A stretch of 64,000 nt of DNA from a virus: positions 1 through 64,000 of the IMG/VR virus record IMGVR_UViG_3300013101_000007; one strand, 5' to 3'. Of the stretch, positions 48,799-57,838 are shown one piece after another. The stretch's first letter is position 1. Every line of letters begins with the position of its first letter. Position numbers and translations under genes: made by a program. The notes under the pieces are model-generated. The model saw nothing but the letters and a program-made list of their open reading frames with translations, ran no database searches and was not told the origin of the DNA.

Positions 48799-49133
48799 TG
48801 TTATCCAGAGAGGATTATTTATTACTGAAGTTATCGGAGGAATGTGCTGAAGTAATCAAAGAAGTTCATAAAGCGTTAGAGTTTGGATTGTACGATTTTG
48901 ACCCAGACAAACCAAATACTAATAATAGAGAGAAAATAGTTCAAGAGTTTATTGAATGTCAAACCGTGTTTAATATGTTGGTGGATGAACAAGCATTGTT
49001 TTATCCGAATGAAGCTGAAGTAAGTATACGGATTGATGCTAAACAAAAGAAAGTAGAGAAATACATGGAGTACTCAAGAAACTGCGGTAAGTTAGAACAG
49101 GAAGGAATTACTGATTGGGGGGATGACACATAA
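48798..49133 (+). CDS. MazG-like nucleotide pyrophosphohydrolase
   Basis: KLSEECAEVIKEVHKALEFG..QEFIE. Confidence 0.65.
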   Translation: MLSREDYLLLKLSEECAEVIKEVHKALEFGLYDFDPDKPNTNNREKIVQEFIECQTVFNMLVDEQALFYPNEAEVSIRIDAKQKKVEKYMEYSRNCGKLEQEGITDWGDDT

Positions 49134-50050
49134 TGCCTTTAAAAATAATAAAAAAATCTAAGCATCCTTTCAGTTTAAAAAAGGTATTACATGAAAAATT
49201 GGCTGGTATGGAGGTGGCAAGACCTATGCACAATATTCATGCTTCAGAAGCAACTAATGAAGATAAAGAATTTTGTCCACGCGAATACTGTTTAATAGAT
49301 ATAACTAAAAAGAAGCGTAAAGATAAATTTATAGGCACTTCATTAAGGACAACCTTTGACCACGGCAATGATCTACAAAGACGATTAAACGAAGTATACC
49401 TAGCTGATATTATGGTAGGTGATTGGGTGTGTAGGAATTGTGGAGAGATAAAACAGTTATGCAAGAAACCACCTGAAAAACTACAGTGCTTTACTGATTC
49501 TGGGATAAAACATAATTGGGAGTACATAGAACCTAGACCTTTATCACAAATTTCTGGAATATCTGGCGGGATTGATGCCTTACTAAATACAGGTGAACCG
49601 AAGTATAGAATCTATGAAATTAAAACAATGGCTTCAGATGCTTTTAAAGCCCTCTCAGCCCCTTTATCTGAGCATCGTATAAGGACTAACCTTTATATGC
49701 GTTTGGTTAATGAGGACAACACAGAGCTTCATGATAGAGTAAATAGTCACACGGCTAATATACTTTACGTGTGTAAGGGGTTTGGGTGCAAAGATGAATC
49801 ATTAAAATTAATGGGAATAAAAGACGCGCCTTTTTCACCCTTTAAAGAATTTACAATACATAGGGATGATAGCACTACTACAATAGTTACTCGTAAAGCC
49901 AAACTAATAAAAAAATACCGTGCCGGTGGTAAGATGCCTGATGGAGTATGTGCAACCTCTTTTTGTAAACGTGCAAAAACATGCCCTGTTATCAGTGAAT
50001 GTTTTAGTGGTAAATTTCCAGCCCAAACAACATGGAATAAAAAACTATAA
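49133..50050 (+). CDS. Cas4-like PD-(D/E)XK exonuclease
   Basis: HASE..CPRE, GGIDAL..YEIKT, C-terminal C..C..C cluster. Confidence 0.75.
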   Translation: MPLKIIKKSKHPFSLKKVLHEKLAGMEVARPMHNIHASEATNEDKEFCPREYCLIDITKKKRKDKFIGTSLRTTFDHGNDLQRRLNEVYLADIMVGDWVCRNCGEIKQLCKKPPEKLQCFTDSGIKHNWEYIEPRPLSQISGISGGIDALLNTGEPKYRIYEIKTMASDAFKALSAPLSEHRIRTNLYMRLVNEDNTELHDRVNSHTANILYVCKGFGCKDESLKLMGIKDAPFSPFKEFTIHRDDSTTTIVTRKAKLIKKYRAGGKMPDGVCATSFCKRAKTCPVISECFSGKFPAQTTWNKKL

Positions 50051-50068
50051 ATAAGAAGGTGATTTAGT

Positions 50069-50542
50069 ATGACTGAAGAAGTAGCTCAATGTGAAATGCC
50101 CAGATATGAATGTAGTAAAATAGTATGGGCTTTGCAGATTAAAGATGTGTTGACTCAAAAAGAATCAATATATTTAACCTTTATTGATGACCGATTTGCA
50201 GCAATACAAATTAGTCCAGAATATGTGCAGGAGAATAAACCAGAAAGTTTAGGCTATTACATGGTTACAGAAGGAGAACAAGCATCTTATTTGTCTGAAA
50301 AATCCTTTAACGTTCATTACAAACCAGAAGGGCACGAATGGACACTGGTTGATTGTGAGGACGGTAAGCTTATTAATTTACCGGAAACAGAAGAACTAAC
50401 TTTGTTTTGCTATGGCAAAGATCAGTACTTAGGCCGGTTTAATAATGAAGAGCATGAGTTTGGATTTTATACTGAGGCTATTATTGGTGACGGTGACTTT
50501 GTTGAAGCCGAACACGTTAAGAAGTGGAAGTATTTGAAATGA
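50069..50542 (+). CDS. hypothetical phage protein
   Basis: MPRYECSKIVWALQI..GYYMV..SYLSEKSF. Confidence 0.6.
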   Translation: MTEEVAQCEMPRYECSKIVWALQIKDVLTQKESIYLTFIDDRFAAIQISPEYVQENKPESLGYYMVTEGEQASYLSEKSFNVHYKPEGHEWTLVDCEDGKLINLPETEELTLFCYGKDQYLGRFNNEEHEFGFYTEAIIGDGDFVEAEHVKKWKYLK

Positions 50543-51099
50543 GAATACTAGGCTTAGATACTTCAACTAAGACAGGTGTATCTATTCTGGAATATGACCC
50601 AGAAATTAATATCATTGATAACTTGTATAAGGATGAATGGTACTTTGCAAAGCTAAAAGGTATGCCACGGTTGAAAGCTTTTGCAGATAAGCTTTACGAG
50701 TTGCTTGATGAATACGAGCCTGATTTTTGCATTATAGAAGGTTATGGTTTTGCAAACAAACATACATTGGTTACATTGGTTGAGGTAGGTACTGTAATGA
50801 AGTACACCTTACACCTATACCGAGTACCTATATTAGATGTACCACCAACTTCATTAAAAAAATTTGTATCTGGTAAAGGTAATGTAAAAAAAGATGTTAT
50901 GATGTTGGAAGCATACAAGAGGTGGCAGTTTGAGGGCACTGATAACGAAGTCGATGCTTTTTGTTTAGCTCAGTTTGGTATGGGATTATTAGGATTAGTT
51001 AAAGTTCCCAAGACCAATGAGAGCGCATTATCTGAATGGAAAAAGAAGCACCTTGACGATGTTAAGCTAGTGCAATTGATTGCAAATAATGAAAAATAA
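50539..51099 (+). CDS. ruvC: RuvC-like Holliday junction resolvase
   Basis: ILGLDTST, IIEGY, PPTSLKKFVSGKGNVKK, DNEVDA. Confidence 0.88.
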   Translation: MRILGLDTSTKTGVSILEYDPEINIIDNLYKDEWYFAKLKGMPRLKAFADKLYELLDEYEPDFCIIEGYGFANKHTLVTLVEVGTVMKYTLHLYRVPILDVPPTSLKKFVSGKGNVKKDVMMLEAYKRWQFEGTDNEVDAFCLAQFGMGLLGLVKVPKTNESALSEWKKKHLDDVKLVQLIANNEK

Positions 51100-51111
51100 A
51101 TTAAATTAAAT

Positions 51112-51139
51112 TTGACAATTAAAATTATATCAGTATAAT
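51112..51139 (+). promoter_or_regulatory. sigma70-type promoter, early-cassette family
   Basis: TTGACA-16-TATAAT with AACGGATTAAA leader. Confidence 0.85.
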
Positions 51140-51172
51140 GAAGCTCACATTAAACGAAACGGATTAAACAAA

Positions 51173-51301
51173 ATGAAAAAGATTATAACTGATGACTTAC
51201 AAGAAATGACTGAAATTGCAATGTCTTTAACTGAAAAAGGTGCGGCTTTTGAGGTACATAAAGTAAATGGGAGTTGGTTGATCGAAATTACAGGATACTA
51301 G
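51173..51301 (+). CDS. 42-aa small protein (not in the ORF track)
   Basis: MKKIITDDLQEMTEIAMSLTEKGAAFEVHKVNGSWLIEITGY directly after the conserved leader. Confidence 0.65.
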   Translation: MKKIITDDLQEMTEIAMSLTEKGAAFEVHKVNGSWLIEITGY

Positions 51302-51345
51302 GATTTTATGCCACGGATGGCTTTATTAACTTTGGAGAAATAAAA

Positions 51346-52197
51346 ATGGCTACAACAGCGAAAAAAACAACCACGGCTTCTAAATTAGCAGCCGGTAACA
51401 AAAAACCCGTAACTAAAGCAAAAACAACAACCAAAACCGCAACTAAAGCAAAAACGGTTGACCTTATTACAGATACCGCGCATAAATTAGAAAATTTAAC
51501 TAAATCTAAAGCTTATGCAATGGTGGACAAACTGGCACAAGAAATGGATTTTTCTTACTTCCAGTTAGGTGGTGTTTTATCTGTTATTCAATCAAACGGT
51601 TGGTACTCAGATGAAGGACACGAAACGTTTAAATCCTTCATTGAAGCTGAACATGGCATTGGGTACAGAAAGGCTATGTACATGGTTGGCATTTATAACG
51701 GCTTGGTTGAAGCAAATGTTCCTTGGGCTAAAGTTGAATGTTTGGGCTGGTCTAAACTTAAAGAACTTTGTGATACCTTGACAGAGGATAATGTGGATGA
51801 ATGGGTTGAAATTGCTAAAGATATGACAGTGATTCAATTACAGGCCTACATTAAAGAACAGAATAAAGGTTCAACTTCCACAGATGATGACAGTGATGCA
51901 CCTGATGAGGATGATGTTGCTGATTCTAAGAAATTATCTACTTTGACTTTCAAGGTACATGATGACCAAAAAGAAATTATCAATGATGCTGTGGATAAAG
52001 CGAAAAATGACGCTGACACAGAATTCGCTAACGTGGCTTTGGAATCAATCTGCATGGCTTATTTGGCGGGTGGTAAACCTTCTAAAGCTAAACCAAAATC
52101 ATTACAGGCCACTATGAAAGCATCATCATGGGAAGAGGTACTGGATATATTTGAAAAATTGTGGCCTGATGTGATTCTGACCGCTGAAGTTCAATAA
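51346..52197 (+). CDS. putative DNA-binding protein (DUF3102-like core, Lys/Thr-rich N-terminal tail)
   Basis: FQLGGVL..ETFKSFIEAEHGIGYRKAMYMV..WSKLKEL; likely start MATTAKK. Confidence 0.55.
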   Translation: MATTAKKTTTASKLAAGNKKPVTKAKTTTKTATKAKTVDLITDTAHKLENLTKSKAYAMVDKLAQEMDFSYFQLGGVLSVIQSNGWYSDEGHETFKSFIEAEHGIGYRKAMYMVGIYNGLVEANVPWAKVECLGWSKLKELCDTLTEDNVDEWVEIAKDMTVIQLQAYIKEQNKGSTSTDDDSDAPDEDDVADSKKLSTLTFKVHDDQKEIINDAVDKAKNDADTEFANVALESICMAYLAGGKPSKAKPKSLQATMKASSWEEVLDIFEKLWPDVILTAEVQ

Positions 52198-52249
52198 CCG
52201 GCTGGGGGTGTAAAAACCCCCTTAACACTTAAACAAACTGAGAGCATAT

Positions 52250-52603
52250 ATGTTTAATTTTATAAAAAACTTATTTACTGGAGAAGTGGGCTCACCTGCT
52301 GATATTAGTAAAAGCACTGTGATAAAAGAAGCAAAAAAACATCCTGATTTTAAATTTGATCTGGGGGATGAAGTAAAGGACACTGTGACCGGCTACACAG
52401 GTATTATTGAGTACCGTATGCAATGGCTTACTAACTGTAATTGTTATGGGGTGTTACCAAGAAAATTAGCCCCTGATGGAAAGATCAAAGACCGGCAACA
52501 AATTGATGAACCTCGTTTGGAGTTGGTACGACCTAAAGTAGTGAAAGAAAATAGACTTACTGGGGGCAATCAAGATATGCCTACGGAAAGTAATCGTTTT
52601 TAA
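52250..52603 (+). CDS. hypothetical protein
   Basis: FDLGDEVKDTVTGYTG..WLTNC. Confidence 0.6.
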   Translation: MFNFIKNLFTGEVGSPADISKSTVIKEAKKHPDFKFDLGDEVKDTVTGYTGIIEYRMQWLTNCNCYGVLPRKLAPDGKIKDRQQIDEPRLELVRPKVVKENRLTGGNQDMPTESNRF

Positions 52604-52626
52604 TTTTAATTTAATTGGAGAACACA

Positions 52627-53196
52627 ATGAAGCCTGAACAATACTTAGTTGACTCAGAAAGAACACTGGCTAAATTCCCTGAAGGGGTGGCGTTATCATC
52701 TAAAAATGCAGAAGGATTAGGTTGCTTAATTGATGCTGTTATTAGACAGTGCCGATTACTTGATGGGATGAAAAAGCATATTTTTTATGGAAAGCCTTTT
52801 GATTTGGATGCGGCTATACATGAATTGGCAGAAAACGAGAAAGTTATTTTAACTACTCAAGTGATTGAAAATTTATCTAAGTTTGATGAGCGGGAAACAA
52901 ACTTACTTCATGCAGCCATGGGTAAATTAACCGAAGCTGGTGAAGTTATGGAGAATGTCTATGATTATATTTCCAGTCAAGAACAAAACTACGATGCCGC
53001 TAACACTGTAGAAGAAGTGGGTGATGGTTGGTGGTACGATGCTATTCTTTTACGTGATGTTGGTGAATCAGTAGAAGGTTGTATGAGTAAAAATATCAAT
53101 AAGCTGGTAGCCAGATACCCAGATAAATTTAATTCAGATGATGCCATTAACCGAGATACTGAAGCTGAAAAGAAAGCTATGGAATCTGATGGATAA
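52627..53196 (+). CDS. MazG-like nucleotide pyrophosphohydrolase
   Basis: LHAAMGKLTEAGEV..EEVGDGWWY..NINKLVARYPDKF. Confidence 0.8.
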   Translation: MKPEQYLVDSERTLAKFPEGVALSSKNAEGLGCLIDAVIRQCRLLDGMKKHIFYGKPFDLDAAIHELAENEKVILTTQVIENLSKFDERETNLLHAAMGKLTEAGEVMENVYDYISSQEQNYDAANTVEEVGDGWWYDAILLRDVGESVEGCMSKNINKLVARYPDKFNSDDAINRDTEAEKKAMESDG

Positions 53197-53449
53197 GGAT
53201 AGAAGGGTTGGTGTTGTCGATAGAAGGATTTATGAGAACACTGGCTCTTTATTTAAAGGGTTACTAAACAGCCTACGGTTTATGATAGAGACCATTTTAA
53301 TTGTATGTAGTTTTATATATTTGGGTTTTTATGTTGGTATTCCTGTTACTTATCTTGTATGGATGTTTGAGAAAAAGTTATGGACTATGAATGATTGGGA
53401 GAGGACAGTTGGAAGAAGAAAAACAGACTGGGATAACTATTACGCATAA
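53189..53449 (+). CDS. small membrane protein with DRR motifs
   Basis: MDKDRRVGVVDRR, hydrophobic segment, GRRKTD. Confidence 0.55.
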   Translation: MDKDRRVGVVDRRIYENTGSLFKGLLNSLRFMIETILIVCSFIYLGFYVGIPVTYLVWMFEKKLWTMNDWERTVGRRKTDWDNYYA

Positions 53450-53993
53450 ACCAGCAATTATCTGGATGACTGGTTTATGTGGTTCAGGTAAAACAGCTTT
53501 GGCTAATCAAGTTGTACATGAATTGATTGTACGTGGTTATGGTGCGGTAGGGCTTGATGGTGATGAACTAAGAAAAGGATTATGTTCTGATTTGGGTTAT
53601 TCATTATCAGACCGCTCAGAGAACGTAGAGCGGGTTGGGGAGGTGGCTAAGTTACTTCTTGAAAAAACCCAAGCCTTTGTAGTGGTGTCTATGATTTCAC
53701 CTTTACATATTGATAGGGATATGATTCGTTATTCTGTAGAAGAACATCAATTCATTGAAGTCTATATGAACGCCACTATAGAGTACTGTATAAAAGTGGA
53801 TGCTAAAGGTAATTATGCAAAAGCTAAAGAAGGTAAACTGAAAAGTTTTACTGGAATCACCTCCCCTTATGAACCACCAAAAGACCCTGAGTTGTCATTT
53901 AATATTGAAGTGCATGATATTGAGCTGGTATGTATAAGAAACATTATGGCTGTTTTAACTAAACGTGGAAACATACCTGAAGGTTTTTTATGA
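53391..53993 (+). CDS. cysC: adenylyl-sulfate (APS) kinase
   Basis: IWMTGLCGSGKT, LDGDELRKGLCSDLGYS..DRSENV, ISP, FTGITSPYEPP. Confidence 0.92.
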   Translation: MIGRGQLEEEKQTGITITHKPAIIWMTGLCGSGKTALANQVVHELIVRGYGAVGLDGDELRKGLCSDLGYSLSDRSENVERVGEVAKLLLEKTQAFVVVSMISPLHIDRDMIRYSVEEHQFIEVYMNATIEYCIKVDAKGNYAKAKEGKLKSFTGITSPYEPPKDPELSFNIEVHDIELVCIRNIMAVLTKRGNIPEGFL

Positions 53994-54466
53994 CAGATGA
54001 AAATAAACCGCCTTTAAAGATTGACCAGAAAATAAAAGACTTTCAGGTTAAGCCTGAAGAGGTGGTTGGTCTTGTGTGTGAACAAGTAGGGATGAACGAA
54101 GAAATAAAAAGGGAGGAAATACTGCATGGCAAAACCTATAAATTCAAACATCCTTCAAAAGACTTCGCCTATTACGTTACTTTAAACGATATTGAAATTG
54201 GTGGCACGTTGTATCCCTATGAGATTTTTATTAACTGTAAAGACCCTGAGAGCGCACAATGGGTATTTGCCTTAACCCGTGTAATATCCGCAGTATTCAG
54301 AAAAGGTGGAGATATTCTTTTTTTGGTTGAAGAATTAAAAGGAGTATTTGACCCTGCGGGTGGGTATTACAGAAAGGGGGGTGTGTACATGCCATCAATA
54401 GTAGCTGAGATAGGGCATATAATTGAAAAGCATTTATTAGGTATGGGGATTAAACCAGATGACTAA
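53990..54466 (+). CDS. TSCPD-domain protein (NrdJb-like)
   Basis: GKTYK..YVTLND..PYEIFIN..ALTRVISAVFRKGGD..LKGVFDP..SIVAEIG. Confidence 0.75.
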   Translation: MTDENKPPLKIDQKIKDFQVKPEEVVGLVCEQVGMNEEIKREEILHGKTYKFKHPSKDFAYYVTLNDIEIGGTLYPYEIFINCKDPESAQWVFALTRVISAVFRKGGDILFLVEELKGVFDPAGGYYRKGGVYMPSIVAEIGHIIEKHLLGMGIKPDD

Positions 54467-54962
54467 ATGGGACTATAAATTTTTGAAACTGGCAGAGTAT
54501 ATTGCAGATAACTGGAGTAAAGACCCTCATATTAAAGTGGGGGCGGTTGTTGTAGATACAAAAAACCCAGCTGAGTATTACACCGGCTACAATGGCTTTC
54601 CTAAAAAAATAATAGATAGTGAAGAAAGGTATAAGCAGAAAGAAATAAAACATAAAATAATAATCCATGCTGAATTAAACGCTATCTTGAATTCCAAAAG
54701 ATGCCTAGCAGGGTTTACTTTATACTCCACTAGATTTCCCTGTTTAAAATGCGTATTGGCTATTATCCAAGTTGGTATTGGGTTGGTGGTTACTTATGCA
54801 CCAAGTAAAAAAGATGTGTGGAAGCATAAATCTGATTACCTAACTATTGTGACTTTATTGATTGAAGCAGATGTGCCTATTGTTTTAATAGAAAACGATA
54901 CCGTAATAAGTTTGGATGATTTCAAAACAAGGGTTCTAAAAAGTGCTGAAAGAGAAACATAA
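54459..54962 (+). CDS. dCMP deaminase
   Basis: SKDP..KVGA, GYNG, HAELNAI, PCLKC. Confidence 0.9.
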   Translation: MTKWDYKFLKLAEYIADNWSKDPHIKVGAVVVDTKNPAEYYTGYNGFPKKIIDSEERYKQKEIKHKIIIHAELNAILNSKRCLAGFTLYSTRFPCLKCVLAIIQVGIGLVVTYAPSKKDVWKHKSDYLTIVTLLIEADVPIVLIENDTVISLDDFKTRVLKSAERET

Positions 54963-55134
54963 AACTATAATTTTATAAAGGGATTCAAGCAATGTGCTTA
55001 TATGCGAAACAAGATAAGATAGCTATTCTATTACTATGTGTTGCGGTTTTCTTTGTAGGTTTTTTAATGGGTATGTTGGTACTAATACCAAAAGTTACAG
55101 ATACCGATAAAGCATTACAGGTTTATATTGAGAA

Positions 55135-55485
55135 ATGTTTATGAAGCCAGATTACTTACAAGAGTCCATAGATAAATTTATGTTGGATGGAGAAGAGCTG
55201 GGATTGTTTGTAACACTAAAAGGTATTATTCCAGATGTTCACTTCTGCTTACCTAAGTGGTGCAGTATTCATTTTGAAGAAGGTAAGCCGCCACAGAAAG
55301 CTAGAGATTCATTATTTAAAAACAAAAAAGATAAGGAGGTTAATTACTTAGAAACCAAAAAAATGCTGGTTAATATGATGCACGTTACTATTCAAGTTCA
55401 AGCATTAATTAAGCAATTACTTCATACCCTTGAAGAAGGTAGGGAGAGTAAACCAGATAACCAAACAAACAAAAGGTTACACTAA
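55135..55485 (+). CDS. hypothetical protein
   Basis: 116-aa ORF in operon context. Confidence 0.5.
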   Translation: MFMKPDYLQESIDKFMLDGEELGLFVTLKGIIPDVHFCLPKWCSIHFEEGKPPQKARDSLFKNKKDKEVNYLETKKMLVNMMHVTIQVQALIKQLLHTLEEGRESKPDNQTNKRLH

Positions 55486-55682
55486 TGCACAAGTATAAAA
55501 TAACCGTAATAGATCAATACACCGGTGTAGCAATAGCTGAGATTATTGAATCTCCAACATTTCCCACTCCACAAGACCCACTTCATTATTTAAAAGATGG
55601 CAGGGGTGGTATTCCAATTCGAGTAGAACGGGTAATAGAAGCCGACTACACAGAAACACTTGATTTATCTTCAGTATTATAG
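55485..55682 (+). CDS. hypothetical protein
   Basis: TAATG coupling. Confidence 0.5.
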   Translation: MHKYKITVIDQYTGVAIAEIIESPTFPTPQDPLHYLKDGRGGIPIRVERVIEADYTETLDLSSVL

Positions 55683-55691
55683 GGGCAATAA

Positions 55692-56045
55692 ATGTATCAT
55701 TACAAATGTAAGCTAGATAGAGTAATAGATGGCGATACAGTGGACGCTACGATTGAATTAGGATTTAAGATAACGATTCATAAGCGTATTCGTTTAATGG
55801 GCTTAGACGCGCCTGAGACACGTACACGGGATAAAGAAGAAAAAGAGCATGGCCTTGAATCTAAAGCGTGGTTGGCTAATAGAATTAAGGTGGATGGTGA
55901 TGGGTACTTTGAACTTATCACTGAGAAAGATGATTCAGGAAAATACGGGAGGTTACTTGGTACGCTATATGTTGACCATGTAAATCTCAATGAGCAGATG
56001 GTTGACCTTCAATTAGCAGAACCTTACAACGGTGGAAAAAGATAA
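55692..56045 (+). CDS. thermonuclease (SNase family)
   Basis: RVIDGDT, RIRLMGLDAPET, GKYGRLLG. Confidence 0.9.
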   Translation: MYHYKCKLDRVIDGDTVDATIELGFKITIHKRIRLMGLDAPETRTRDKEEKEHGLESKAWLANRIKVDGDGYFELITEKDDSGKYGRLLGTLYVDHVNLNEQMVDLQLAEPYNGGKR

Positions 56046-56233
56046 TGCAATACACTTGTCCTAATTGTGGGGCAATTGGTGGTGACAATAATAAAACTTA
56101 CAGGGATGTAGGTTATTGGTGTCATGTATGCCACGACCCAAAAGTAAGAATGAAACCTTCCAATAACGGTAAAATACTACCAGAATCAGAAGTAATAAAA
56201 CATAATAAAATTATTGAGCTAAATGGGGAGTGA
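56045..56233 (+). CDS. small zinc-ribbon protein
   Basis: CPNC..CHVC. Confidence 0.55.
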   Translation: MQYTCPNCGAIGGDNNKTYRDVGYWCHVCHDPKVRMKPSNNGKILPESEVIKHNKIIELNGE

Positions 56234-56552
56234 TTAATGCAATTGATTGCAATTGATTGCACTGGCTAAATCCCTCAAGGCCACGGGAATGGCGGGAATG
56301 GCGGAAAAGAACACTGAATACAGTATAGAGTATAAAGATAAACATATACAGAGAGTAATAGAGAGAGATAAATAATAGTAAATGTGCTTAATACCTATGA
56401 CGAATTGTTAGTACAAATAATAATTCATAAAATTTGACCCTAAGTAGATAATAACGTATATTTGGGTTTAATGTGTATAGAACGCCTTAATACCTAGAAG
56501 TGTAGGGGGGTGTAGATGTATGTTACTAACCTAAAATAAATGTTATCTACCT

Positions 56553-57158
56553 ATGAAAATAAAAAATACCACCTTATCTAGCCTGAAACCCTCGCCCAGC
56601 AACGTCCGCGTACATTCTGACGAACAAATTAACTCAGTAGTTGCCAGTATGGAAGAGTTCGGATATACGAACCCTATCTTAGTGGATGAGGACAATAATA
56701 TACTGGCGGGGCACTGTCGATATGAAGCACTAACCCGAATGGAGATTGAGAAGGTAAAAGTTTTAGTAGTGGCTGGATTATCAGATATTCAAAAACGTGC
56801 TTACATGTTGGCTGATAATAAATTAGCAATGAATTCTGATTGGGATGTAGAGGCATTAAATGAAGAACTGTTGGCCTTGCAAGAATCAGATGAAATAGAT
56901 TTTGATTTACTTGGATTCAATGAGCAGGATATGGCAGACATTGAAGAAGAGTTGTTAGCGTTAGCCGAAGCCGCTGAACTTGATGAAAGTGGATTTAAAC
57001 CAGAAATAAACCCTTCATCAAAAGACTACAAAGAAGTGGATGGTGACGACTTAGATAAAACAGCCGAGGCTTTGGGTAGTAAGTTTGATAGTACTGAAGA
57101 AGAAACGGTTGAAGTAGTATGCCCTCATTGTGCTGAAACATTTTTAGTGAGACTATAA
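56553..57158 (+). CDS. ParB/Srx-domain protein with C-terminal zinc ribbon
   Basis: SNVRVH..SMEEFGYTNPILVD..AGHCRYEA..LADNK; CPHC. Confidence 0.85.
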   Translation: MKIKNTTLSSLKPSPSNVRVHSDEQINSVVASMEEFGYTNPILVDEDNNILAGHCRYEALTRMEIEKVKVLVVAGLSDIQKRAYMLADNKLAMNSDWDVEALNEELLALQESDEIDFDLLGFNEQDMADIEEELLALAEAAELDESGFKPEINPSSKDYKEVDGDDLDKTAEALGSKFDSTEEETVEVVCPHCAETFLVRL

Positions 57159-57449
57159 ATGGATATTAAAGAAGTAACTGAAATATTCAATAGCCTTGAT
57201 TGGACGTTTGCCAAAACAATGCCACGCAATCCGCACTTTTATACAGTGAGAAAAGATTGGGAGGATGATGCCTTATTTTGTAAAGTAGTTATGTTTATAC
57301 GAAGGAATGGGCATGTAGTGAAATTTGGTAAAGCTAAATACACTATATTAGTTATAAATGGTTTTAGGTATTGGACTATGGGTTGTCCTTTAAATAGACC
57401 GGATGGCTCACATTTCACCAGATTGATAAACAGGGCTGTAGAGAAATGA
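57159..57449 (+). CDS. conserved hypothetical protein
   Basis: WTFAKTMPRNPHFY..YWTMG..LINRA. Confidence 0.65.
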   Translation: MDIKEVTEIFNSLDWTFAKTMPRNPHFYTVRKDWEDDALFCKVVMFIRRNGHVVKFGKAKYTILVINGFRYWTMGCPLNRPDGSHFTRLINRAVEK

Positions 57450-57838
57450 GTCGTGGCTTTCTGAGGATTCAGACTGTAGATAAGCATGTTGCGAGAAGGT
57501 ATTTAATATCTATGCAAGTGTTACAGAATTTTGAGTATAGAGATAGAGATTTATGGTTAGGGGTGTACAGTGATAAATTACTGGTAGGCGTTTGTTGTTT
57601 CTCATATATGGAATCTACTGGAAACATAATGCACAACTATGTAACCCTTAGATACAGAAGAAGAGGGGCATTGGCTAAGATACTAATACGAATAAAGAGA
57701 TTTGCCAGAGATAATAGTATAGGGGTTATCTATTCCTTTGTTACTCCATTAGCATTAAATTCTCATTTACGGGCGGGTGCTAAATTTGTATGTTCTTATA
57801 AAAATAAAAATACTAAGGTAATGTATGAGAATTTTTAG
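57446..57838 (+). CDS. GNAT-fold acyltransferase
   Basis: LVGVC..YVTLRYRRRGA motif A..HLRAGA. Confidence 0.65.
   Translation: MSRGFLRIQTVDKHVARRYLISMQVLQNFEYRDRDLWLGVYSDKLLVGVCCFSYMESTGNIMHNYVTLRYRRRGALAKILIRIKRFARDNSIGVIYSFVTPLALNSHLRAGAKFVCSYKNKNTKVMYENF

Noticed and set aside
49133-50050. Cas4-like gene as evidence of CRISPR-Cas
   Set aside because: No cas1/cas2 or array; solo Cas4-like exonucleases are common in phage recombination modules
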